A DNA stretch of 64,000 bases from Malacoraja senta (Eukaryota). Every line of letters starts with the position of its first letter. The stretch's first letter is position 1. Below, piece by piece: positions 27,583 through 39,267 of this stretch. Location: contig CM075988.1 of assembly GCA_038087875.1 (NCBI GenBank), forward strand, positions 6,574,001-6,638,000. The letters run 5' to 3'. The translations under genes were made by a program, and so were the position numbers. Under the pieces are notes generated by a model. It did not search any database. It was not told the origin of the DNA and was given only the letters and a program-made list of their open reading frames with translations.

Positions 27583-27872
27583 AGTATGATCCTCCTAACT
27601 ACCTCTATCAAGGCCAGGAAGTAAATGGGCAACTGATGGAGTACACTACTCTACCCGGCACCAGCAGAATCAATGGAAGCATCCATGGCAGTTTCATTGG
27701 CAACGGGAGCCTAAGCAATGGTTGCCCACACTTGCACCACAAGGTTTCCAATGGAATGAATGGACTGATGAACGGGGGGATGAATGGAGGGACAACGCTT
27801 TACCCAGCCAGCCATACAAACTCGCTGTCAAGCACCCACATGGACTGTGACCAAGTTCGCCATGTTATGAAT
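27583..27872 (+). CDS. CDON: CDON coding exon: proximal cytoplasmic domain
   Basis: ttttccacag acceptor, AAT|gtaaga donor. [36 protein letters not shown]...[12 protein letters not shown]...HVMN. Confidence 0.95.
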
Positions 27873-28988
27873 GTAAGAGCCTGTCGTTTGTATTACAGTT
27901 GGCCCGGTTCTGGAAAATCATGCCAAGTGCCATATTTGAATCTAATGCTTTCTTTAAGGCTGAGGAGTTTTGACCGTTTCTTTCATGTTGCCCCATCAAA
28001 TACAGTCTCTACAGAACTCAAAATCACATCCAGTTCTCCATGAAGCAGCACCCTGTGTAAAGATGATCTCTATTTGAAATCACTAATTCCCCGGCATATT
28101 GGCACCAGTGACAGTCTTCAAAATCGTTCAACTCAAGTATTCCTTTGGCCCAAGCTCCCCAAGTTTATTTTTTTTCTAAGAAAAGCAAGGTTCAACAGTC
28201 ATAGCTGATCTTCATAATTCAATGTCCTTGAGAGAGTAGTATTGTGGACCAAGTATTAATAACCCTGAGATTTAGCTTCAAGTTCTGAGACTCTGAAGTG
28301 AATGATGACTGTTAACAATACCGATAAGAAACATAAAAACATAGAAAATAGGTGCAGGAGTAGGCCATTCGACCCCTCGAGCCAGCCATTCAATGATCAG
28401 CCCCCTCGATGATCAGCCATTCAATATGATCATGGCTGATCATCCAGAATCAGTACCCCATTCCTGCTTTCTCCCCAAATCCCTTGATTCCGTTACACCT
28501 AAGATCTAAATCTCACTCTCTCTTGAATACATCATGATGTGTAATTTCAATTTTCATCATGATGCGTAATTTCAATTTTTTTTTACACTAAAGACTTATC
28601 TAATTTTCCCCAGAAGCATCTGTAGACACTAAGTTGTTTTTCTCTTTGTCTTGGAGAGTGTGATTTGACATTTATATAAGTAACAATTATTATTTCTGTG
28701 TGCAGGAGTTGGACAATACTGCCAAAGCCATGCCTGCGGGCATTTCTGTTCTTGGTTTGAATAAATATTGTTTGTATTGTAATGGTGTAATTATAGGAAA
28801 ACAGCCAGGCAAATAGAAAAATGTTTTTAAAGCATGGAGCAGATTGGAAAAGGAGACGAGAAAGATCCTTGCATTTCGGTACTGATTTCATGAATGCCAA
28901 AATACATCCACTCACTTGCTTTAGAAGTGCACTCACAATTGTAATGTACATAATACAGCAACTGATTTGCTGTATGCCTAAAATGCCT

Positions 28989-29096
28989 AATTCTGGCCAA
29001 TCTTGCTCCCACCAGCAATGCCTAAAATCTACGGTAGTAATCTACTACTGCCAGCAATTTTAGGCATTGCTGATGGGAGCAAGATTGGCCAGAATT
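28989..29096. repeat. Near-perfect 40-bp inverted repeat (hairpin)
   Basis: 28989-29028 versus 29057-29096 match 39/40 as reverse complements. Confidence 0.9.
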
Positions 29097-29699
29097 CCTG
29101 TACGTCTTTGAAATAGTGGTGTGGGATCCTTTGTGTCCACATTGAAGAGCAGCTTGATTTAAGGTGCATTGGAACATGCCGCACACTGACTGTGCAGCAC
29201 TTTCTGTCCTCCACTTGTCCACGGGTGTCAGGGGCTAAGGGGAGAAGGCAGGAGAATGGGGTTAGGGAGAGATAGATCAGCCATGATTAAATGGTGGAGT
29301 AGACTTGATGGGCCGAATAGCCTAATTCTGTCCTATCGCTTATGAACTTGTATATTGGCTGCACTCATTTGTGCTGTGGAACTGCTGACTGAAGCAGGCT
29401 GAACTAAGACTGATAGGAATAGAGTACGTCAAATAGCTGGTAAGGAATGGTGACGAGTACAGATGAAAGATAAGGAGGAGAGTAAGAAAAATATGTGACA
29501 ATGAAAAGAGAAAATCTTGCCCTAGGAATTTGGGATCGGATCAGTTATATGACATATTTACGTTGAATTAATGAATAATCGTACTCATTTTCCTGAGGTG
29601 CATAAACTTAATATTTGTTTTTATATTATTTTAAATAGGTACAAAGCACATGTTGTTTGTGCTTTTAATGAAGTTTGATGGTAGTTTCGTTTTTTAATG

Positions 29700-30160
29700 T
29701 ATGCAGAAGAGGTTTACTAGGATGCTGACTGGATTGAAGAGTTTAAGGTGTGGTTGGACAAACATGGATTGTTTTCTCTGGAGAATCGGCAGCTGAGGGA
29801 AGACATAATAGAAGTTTATAAAATTATGAGAGGCATAGATAAGGAAGACTACCAGAATTTTTTTTCTAGGATAGAAATGTCAAACACAAGTGGGCATAAC
29901 TTTAGGGTGAGGGAAAAAATTGAAAGCACGTGTGGAAGATTTTTTATATTTAGAGTGGTGGGTGCCTGGAACACACCCCCAGGGGTGGTGTTGGAAACAG
30001 ATACAATGTGGCATTTAAGAGGCTTTTAGAAAGGTGCATAAATATGTAGGGAATGGAGGGATATGGATCACTTGCAGGCCAAAGAGGTTAGTTTAATTTG
30101 GCATCAGATTTGAAGCAGACATGGTGGGCCGAGGGGCCTGTTGGTCTGCCGTACTGTTCT
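29700..30160 (+). mobile_element. CR1 LINE 3' fragment
   Basis: GLFSLE..LREDIIEVYKIMRGID...RVVGAWNT. Further short CR1 tails at ~5095, 5918, 19690, 24270, 25265, 28325, 29220, 35970, 37283 and 57297. Confidence 0.75.
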
Positions 30161-31936
30161 GTCATCTGACCGTGGGAGTAGATTGAGTAAGGAGCTTCAG
30201 GGAAGTTTTTGTCAAGGCCTGGGATGGTGTCCTGGATTCTATCTCTTCTCTATGGTTAATTCTTAATTGGCACGTTGCCATCTTTAAGTGCATTTTTGCT
30301 TGAGTGCATTGTGCATTAACGGAGATGCAGGGCCCCTCACTTTAAGCAGATTTTTCTTGTGCTGTCTGCTCACATTACTATTTTCCGAGAAAAGTGAAAG
30401 GGTTTGGACATTGCAGATTAATCCTGTTCCTGCCCATCACAGTCCGTTTAACCTGAGCACAAATCTGCCAGACCGACTTACGGTAGGATGTGGAGAGTCG
30501 GCTCACAATTCAAGGTCAGGTTCAGGCTGCAGACTAGGTGAAAAAGAACAAGCTTGGTTTCTCAGCCCCACTCTCAGTTCCATCTTATGTATTTCCCTAA
30601 TTTTGTACAGTTATCTTGTGCAATTAAGAATCAAATATTTGCCTTCAAAGATTAATTATTTTGAAAATATGTGGTGACTGTGTTGGAGAGAGAAGGATCA
30701 TGTTACACACAATGGCAAATATAAGTGAGTGACTCATTCCAAGTTTCACCTCGTTTAAAAGTTAATGCAATTGCCTGGAGGTGACTGAATATGCACACAG
30801 GGACACCTTGGATTTCCATTGAGCTCTTAGCATAGTCGATGTGGGCTGAGCAAGGAGATGATTAAAAGATGTGACCAAAAGGAGGAAGTGAATTGACTGA
30901 AGAGCCAGTGAATCTTTGATTAGTTTGACTGTCTGATGTTACAGTGACTGAAAATAAAGCAATGTGCTGTAAATTAAGTCTGGAGTGACTGGGGTAAGGT
31001 TGAGAGTTTGCAGAGTTGCTGGGCACAATTAAGTCATGATGAGGTAGTCACAAAATGCTGGAGAAACTCAGCGGGTGAGGCAGCATTTATGGAGAGAAGG
31101 AATTGGCGACATTTTACCAGCATCTGCAGTTCTTTCTTAAACATGATGAGGTAGTGTTGGAAATGGGTAGAGGGCGCAACTTGAAACTTGGCTTTAGGTG
31201 AAAACATATAATGTTGCTGCTGAAAATGGAACTAGGTTACAAAGTGCTAGAGTGAAAATAGGATAGCTTCAAATTTTCCTCTGTAAAGTTGGAGAGAGTT
31301 TTATTTAATCAAGTATTAATATTGGACAAATGGCCATTGGAACCACTGGCATGGAAGGTGGTGCTGCAATGGTAGATTAAATGCTATTTGTAAAGTGCAA
31401 ACAACACCATGTTTTCTCAGTGTATTTGACGTGGGAGTGGGAAATGGGCAAGAGTATAACTGGGCATCTCCTGGCTAGAGAAAGGACCATATATCCAGTT
31501 CTGGACGTCCCATGGCACTGCCAGGTATTGTCTCACTGCAGGTCACGGTGAACGACGAATGTATTTGTGTCCATTAAAGTAAATGGTAATCACAGGCTCG
31601 GTGCTTGTGATTCACATCCTGTGGTGATATTGAATTGCTGATCATTATCGTGCCTGAACATTTAAAATCTTGGCTTTAAATGCAACCAGCTATATTTCGT
31701 AACAGGTGTGCATTACAGAGCTTTTGGATTCAAAGAATCTAATTACAGACCAAAAAGCATTGTTGAGGCAGAGGTTCAGAAAAATGTTTATTTTGCATTT
31801 CTTTTCAATAACAGGGAATGCAGTGTGCATTAAGGGACGAGGCAGTATGATAATGAACAGAGTGGAATAATCCACTTTAAAAAAATGTCAGTCTTTAAAA
31901 TATATAGGTCGCCCAGTCACAATGGCATGTGCGTTA

Positions 31937-32638
31937 TGGGCCTGTCCCACTTGGGCGACTTTTTAGGCAACTGCAGTTGACTATGCAGTCGCCACATGTT
32001 CATGGGTGGTGCCGGGGGAGTCAACATGTTGAAAAATTAGCGGCAACTAGAATGAAGCCGCCATGGAGAGTAGCGAGAATTCTCGTGCCGTAGGTGGGTC
32101 GCCAGGAGATCGAAGGTTCTCTTAGGTTCTCGTAGGTTGTAGCCGGTGCTCAGCAGTGAATTTCATTGGCTCATTGGGGGGGGAAAACGTAACCAGTAGT
32201 TTTCAGAACCAAGGATAACCGACCGGTAATGTTAGTGTCCGCCGAGCTGCACAGCCATGTATCTCCGGCTTCTTAAAAGTTGTCTCTACTCCTCCCCCCT
32301 CTCTCCCCCTCTATCCCCCTCTTCCCCCTCCCTCTTTTAAAGAACTTACCGTGCACTCTGCTTCTTAACTTCCTAATTACAGCGCCAACCTTCCTGTTCA
32401 TTGCGGTGTGTGTCTGTAACATATTGGCTTTGCACCGTGTGAATTTCACTCAGACAGCGCTCCCCCCCCCACCCCCTTTTCACTGTCCCCTGCCTGCATA
32501 ACGGGCTGGTGAAGGTAGCGATGCGTGTGTGTTCCACTCTGACAGTTGCCGTTCCAGTTGACGGTTTTTCAGGCGACTGTCGGCAACTTGACAGTCACCA
32601 GCAGTTGCCTGAAAAATCGCTTAAGTGGGACAGGCCCA
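31937..32638. mobile_element. PIF/Harbinger-type MITE (same TIR family, longer)
   Basis: TIRs tgggcctgtcccactt / aagtgggacaggccca; TTA duplicated at 31934-36 and 32639-41. Confidence 0.85.
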
Positions 32639-33741
32639 TTAGGTTACTGAGGAAAGTACCCCAGAGATCCTGGCCAGAATCTACCAATGTTTGCTAGATG
32701 TGGACCTGGTGCTGGAATTCTGGAGAATTCTGAAGATCTACAACTGTTGAGGGGAAAATTGGACTATTGTGTCTGAGGTCTTTTTGGTAGAACTGTGTCA
32801 AATTCTACATCCACTTTTCCCCAGACGTGAATGTTATCTCTGCTTCTGATACATATTAACTTGGATCTATACTCATTGGTGTTCAGAGGAGTGAGAGTTG
32901 CATATGATTCTGAAAGGCCTGAATAGGTGAATATTGCAAGGATTTTTCCTCTCAAAGAGGAGCCTCAAACTAGGCAGAAGTGGGGGAATGTATTACATGG
33001 ATCTCTGATAAAGACAGGACTAGTTGAGATGGCATTTACCGTCAGCATTTACAATATTTGGCTCTAATTGAGTATAAAAGCTAGGAAACTTCATAAAACA
33101 TGAATTAGGCATCAGATGAGTTCAAAAATAGACAAAGCATTGTAGTTCCTTGTTTCTACATCTTCGTAAGTTCAATATAAGTTCAGATCATTACAACATG
33201 TAGAGAAGAATGCTGATTGTAGAAAAGTGTGGATATATTTACTAGAATTGTATCAGAACTACAACTTGTGGGGAAACTGGAAAGGTTGTGATTTAAAGCA
33301 TAAAGATTGAAGAGTGTTTGACAAATGTGTTTAAAATCTAGATTGATTTTGATGAAATGGATAGGGAGAGTCTCTACAGTGACAAAAGAGTTAAGTAACC
33401 AGAGGTAAAAAATTATAGCTGTTCGTTGACAGGAGTATTTTTCTTTAAACTGAGTTGTTATGATCTGGAATACACTGCTTAAAAGAGTGATTGGAGCATT
33501 ATAAACATTTAAAAGGTGAATTGGATAAACATTTGAAAGGAAACCCCTTATACAGATATTACTGAGGTTGTGGAATGAATTAAACAATTCTACCATAAAG
33601 ACCTTGTAGACACGAGTCCAATTACTTTATTTTGTACTGTACAATTATATACAGTTTTACTAAGTTGCGAGTACTTGCCCATGTCAAATAATTTGTTTGG
33701 TGATGCTAATAACACTGAAACTTTGCACTTTATGTCAACAG

Positions 33742-33821
33742 GGAGGAGGCATGTACAACGCACTTCCTCAGACAGAATCATCAGAGTGCATCAACTGTCG
33801 CAACTGTAGGAATAACAACAG
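33742..33821 (+). CDS. CDON: CDON coding exon: Cys-rich cytoplasmic motif (absent from the ORF track)
   Basis: caacag acceptor, ACAG|gtcagt donor. [26 protein letters not shown](R), matching CDON GGGMYTAVPQ...[13 protein letters not shown]; 80 nt, phase 0 to 2. Confidence 0.94.
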
Positions 33822-36800
33822 GTCAGTCTGCACAGCGGGTCTGTACAATATTTAATGTTCATTCAGTGTTAACAAGTAGAGTGACTCCCTTTGGCTTGCT
33901 CTCTTTTCCCAGGCTCCCCTCTTCCCTGGCTCTTGTCCTGCAATCTGTCTGTCTGTCACTTCCTTAGTCCATGGGACATTTTGTGTCCCTGTCACATTGC
34001 CATATCCCTGACTAATCATCCATCTCAAAGGCAATTCAACAATCCATTCTATCACTTCATCATTTCAGGTACATGGATTTGTATTGGTGCTTTGTACATT
34101 TTGTATATTTTGGGTACAATTGTTGTTCAGTTGGTGATTGTGAGGACTAGGTCAGTTGGGTGGAAAATCAGCAATGCAAAGCTTTCACAAAAGTATGTTT
34201 GACAAAACTTAATTCCTGAAAAAACTGCAGATGCTGGGGATCTAAATTAAAACCACAATGCACTGGAGATACACAGCAGGTCAGGGGGACTGTTTCAGTG
34301 AAAAGTGACACCAAGTTGATGTTTCAGATCAATGATATTCCTTGAGAATATATCTTCCTTGTTTGTTCATCACCATTTCGAATGCTGTCATGATGACTGT
34401 TGCGCCCATCTTTTCATCTTTAAATACAAACTCATTACAGCTCAGAAATAGACTATTTATCTATTCCAGTGTTTACACTCCCACACAAGCTTTCTATTAA
34501 ACTAGTTTACCTTTAAATAAGTCAAGACCATTTGTCTTATTGTTTCCATGTAAATTTCTCATTCTCACCATTCTTTGAGAAATATTGTACTGAATTCCAT
34601 GTGGAATTGATCACATTATCTTCCATTAATTGCTCCACATTTTGGGTTACCGCATAGGTAATCACGGTTTATTTGCATCTTCTTTAAAACATTCAATAAT
34701 TTGAAAGAACTTTGGTTTTTCTTTATAAATAATTGCCTTTACTGGTTGACTTTTATTTGTCAGGCACTTATTTGTCAGGCCTCAAGATTGTACTGTTCCA
34801 CAAGTGAGACAAAGTTGGTGACAAGTGTTGGTGGAGGACAGGTCATGGTTAAACATTGCCTCTTGCCCACCGAGCTTGGTTTTATGAGGAGCACTTTTAT
34901 AAATGTCCCCTTTCTCTTCTTCAGCGGTTATTTTTGCTAATTGCGTATGTGTGCATCTACATGCAAGCACACAGAGTACAATGGTTTGCAATAGGATCCT
35001 GCTTCCCACACTGTCTCATCTTCTCCATGCATCCCCTAAACTACCCCCTCCCCTGACTCTGGCCTCTCAGCTTTGCCTTGAGGCTATTTGCTTGCTGGAG
35101 ATCCTAGCAGCTCTGCTGCATGCTGTTACTGCTCTTCGCACAGTGGCAGTATTGAAGGATTACTTTGTATATTTGCGTATGATACTAGTGGAAATGAGCT
35201 GTAAGCATTTGTGGCTTTCCCTTGCCACTGAGCTTTGATTGTTCATTCACTGGAGTTCTGTTGCCTTGTGTCTTGGCTACACCGAGAAGCCATCTGGGAT
35301 AAAGCACCATCTCTTTCTGTGGGTATTTCTAGACAAAGTGGCGAGTTAATGGATGGATCGGGGTTTAAAATACTCATCAGTTTGTTTCAACAGTGCTGAC
35401 CAAACTGCTCGACTCACCCAGAAAGTGAAACTGAAATTACTAACCGAATAACTAACAGTGTAGCCAGCTGGTCAACATTAAAATAAGGACAATCTATGAA
35501 AGGACCCCGACCTTACTGAGCTATTTTTTTCATTTCTTAATGTTATTCTTATTGTCTACATTCTTGACCATTCTCCTTTTTTTTCTCTTATATTTTCCTC
35601 CCCGATCTGTTGACGTTTTATTTTTCTTCCAGATTTTATCGTGGAGAAATTCTGAATTACAATCTGTAAGGTTAAGATGTGGTCTAAATGAGTCTGAGCC
35701 ATCCACTCTCAATGGTCATTTAATGGTGGTGTATCTGTAAAGATGTTGCATGCTGCCGTGTGTCCCTTCAGGAGCAGGGATTTTTTCGCTCTGCGTGTCC
35801 TCCGGGTTTGGTCACGATCAACAATGTCAGTGTATATTGTTTGTTCCTCACAGTGATGAGCTATTACCTTAGGTTGCTACAGTACTTCGGTGAAAATACT
35901 CTCACCATAAGATGTTCAAAAACATTGGCTTAGTGGCATTTAAATAAGGGCCAGATTAGTGTAAAGAGAAAGGCCTGGAGAGAGTGGATGTGGAGAGGAT
36001 GTTTAGAGAATCTAGGACCAAAGGCTGTAGCATCAGAATAAAAGGATGCACCTTAAGAAAGGAGATGAGGAGGAATGTCTTTATGGGTGGTAAATCTGGA
36101 ATTCATTGCCATAGATGGCTGTGGAGGCCAAGTCAATGGATATTTTTAAAGCAGAGATTGACAGATTCTTTATTAGAAAGGGGTTATGGGGAGATGGCAG
36201 GAAAATGGGGTTGAGAGGAAAAGATAGATCAGCCATGATTGAATGGTGGAGTAGACTTGTCGAGCCCAATGCCTAATTCTGTTCCTATATCTTAGGAACA
36301 GAAGCCAAATTACAGTGGAATGCAACAGGAAACTCGGGGTCATCCCATGAATGCAAAAGCTCCACAAAGTGGTCGCCCTATCTGCGTTCAACTAAGTAGA
36401 CAAGACCTCATTTTGAGCACCAAATATAGTGGAAGAATAGCAAGTGAATCACTGCTTAACCTGGAAAGACCTCAGATGGAGTCCCTGCTTGGTGGGAAGG
36501 AAGACATTAAAGAACTAATGAATGGGAAAGTGTCACAAGAAGGGGGGTGGTTAATCGAAGAGTAGACCAGGGAGTCACAAAGGGAATGGTGCCATCAAAA
36601 TATTAAGATTGGAAGGAAAGGGGAATGCCTCTTCCCTTAGAACTGGAAAGTGACAGATATTGAGAAAACAATGTTAACCTTTACTTCTCTTTTCACCAAT
36701 GCCACATGATCTGAGTGTCTCCGGCATTTTGTTTTTATTTCAGATTTTCAGCATCTGCATTTTTTTTCATTGGTGTTAAAGCAAGCAGGTTGGGCGGCAC

Positions 36801-37901
36801 TGCCAAAGAAGCCGCGATAAGCTGTTGCAATTAATCTTGTGGAATGTTAAAGTTGATGGATGAGATGCTAATCAAGTGACTATTTTGTCCTGAATTATGT
36901 GTACTATTACATTCAGACAGATGGATAATATCCCATCACACTTGTGACTTTTGCCTTGTCAACTATGGAAAATTTTGGAGAATTAGCCTCTTACGCTCAT
37001 CACATTTATGTACTTAATTCAGTAAAGTTTCTTTCCCACAATAGCCCACATGTGGATTTTATAGTTTGAAGGATAGTAATGCCCTGAATGGTAAGGTGTT
37101 TGGACTTCCTCTTGTCAGAGGTAGCCTTTGCCTGGTATTCCAAATCTGCCCAAACCTGAATATTGTTCTGATCCTGCTGCATGCTAGCAGTTGGTAGAAA
37201 CAAGGAACCGCAGATGTTGGTTTACAAAAAAAGACACACATTGCTGGAGTAACTCTGAGCCAGGCAGCCTATCTGGAGAACTGTCTGTGGAATTCTCTGC
37301 CACAGAAAGTAGTAGAGGCCAGTTCATTGGCTATATTTAAGAGGGAGAGTTAGATGTGGCCCTTGTGGCTAAACGGATCTGGGGGTATGGAGAGAAGGCA
37401 GGTAGGTACAGGATACTGAGTTGGATGATCAGCCATGATCATATTGAATGGCGGTGCAGGCTCGAAGGGCCGAATGGCCTACTCCTGCACCTATTTTCTA
37501 TGTTTCTATGTAACATGGATAGGTGACGTTTCAGTCAGATGAAGGCTCCCAGCCCAAAATGTGACATATCCATATTGTCCAGAGATGCGACCTGACCCAC
37601 TGAGTTACTCCAGCACTTTGCCTGCCTCCTTTTCTAATGAGTTATGAATTGTTTGATTCTCAATTTCTTCTACCTTTTTCTCTTCCCCTTTCCAAAGTTT
37701 TGTTTGTAGACTGTTCACTATGCTATTCTTCTGTTTTCCTTTCTCAATACACTTCCTCCTTCCACGTCCTCTTTGATTGTTGGAAAGCAGGCCCTATCTT
37801 GGCGTTATCTATCTCTGGTGCCGTGTGTGCTTCCCACAGGTAATTAATGGAAGGTGTTATATTCCACGTTTAATTCTCCCTTTTTTCTTTCTTTTCTGCA
37901 G

Positions 37902-38158
37902 ATGTTTCACTAAACCCAATGGCACTTTCCCCAGCAACAATCTGCCCATGATGCAGCTAACACCAACCTGCCACGAAGACAGCATGGAGATGGTGCCTCT
38001 AAATCACATCATTGCTCCGTTATGCCCTGGAATCATTGCCGCTGAAAACAACAGTGAGGAAGAGTATGATGGTACAAAAGAAAATGTTGAACCGGCCCCT
38101 TCCCAAGAGTCTTGCTGCAATGAGAATCAAGACAATGCAATTGAGGACAATGTGGAAG
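37902..38158 (+). CDS. CDON: CDON coding exon: distal cytoplasmic domain
   Basis: Long pyrimidine tract + ctgcag acceptor, GAAG|gtacat donor. CFTKPNGTF...DSMEMVPLNH...KENVEPAPSQESCCNE...NVE; phase 2 to 1. Confidence 0.9.
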
Positions 38159-39109
38159 GTACATTATTTGCTGTTTTCTTGGGGGGTTTTCCCCCCAGTT
38201 CTCTTGTTTCCACCAGACTGCTGCTCAGGAACTAATTTGCCCTCTATAAAGCCATCATGCCTTTCCTGAAGAGTGATGCTCAGAACCAGACACTATTCCA
38301 CGTAGTGTCCATCACAACTTTCTTACCCTTCTCTTTGATCATTTATTTATAATCCAGGAAGGACCTGACCTATGAACTATGCACCAAAAATTGGGTCTTT
38401 CCATTCTTGTGCCCTTTTTAGAATTGTGACCTCTAGTCCATGTATGGCTATTTTCATGCTTCCCACAAAAATGTAAACTTCATGTTTCTCAGTATTAACT
38501 TTCATCTATTATCTACGTGCCCATTTCACGAGCATGTCCATATCTCCTTATAGGTGGTGGAACCAAATTTGATAGCAACATTTAAGACGTATTTAGACGG
38601 GTATATGAATAGGCAAGGAATAGAGAGATGTAGGGCAGGTGCAGGAAAATGGATTACTTAAATTAGCATCATGGTCAACACAGACATAGTGGGCCAAACG
38701 GCCTGTTCCTATGCTTCTTGTTGTTTTCAAAGTTGTAAATCACCCTTTGGATTAACAAAATGTCAATTCCCACTGATTCCACCAATTGAGGCAAAATTCC
38801 CTGATATGGGATTGCAAATGTGAGGAGAGCTGATTCCACTAATTTACTGCTTAAGAGAAACTTGGCTCTCCTACTTGCCCTATCCTAGTCTCTCATTATT
38901 TTATATACTTTGATTAAATTTCCTTTCAACCTCTTGTTCCAAAGAAAACAGCCCAGCATATCTGATCCCTTTTCATAACTAAAATTTTCCACTCCTGGCA
39001 ACATTTTTGTAATTTTATTGTTCTAAAATGAACTCTACGCTGGTATTGTGGTGACTGAACAATCCGTGCTCAATCTGCACCAGTTAACCCTTGATACTTT
39101 TCCATACAG

Positions 39110-39267
39110 GCAATGAATATCCCAATTTGGAAAATGAGAACCAGACTCTGAGCTGTGATCCTCCTTCCAACACTAATCCAATGGACAATGCAACAGCCTG
39201 GAGTACAACAGGACTTACTGAAGGCAACACTTGCAAGGACACAACAGAAGAACTAAATACAACCTAG
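39110..39267 (+). CDS. CDON: Probable terminal CDON coding exon (to TAG stop)
   Basis: ttttccatacag acceptor; continues in phase 1 as GNEYPNLENENQTLSCDPPSNTNPMDNATAWSTTGLTEGNTCKDTTEELNTT*; followed by repeat-poor UTR-like sequence. Little recognisable similarity to mammalian CDON. Confidence 0.65.
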
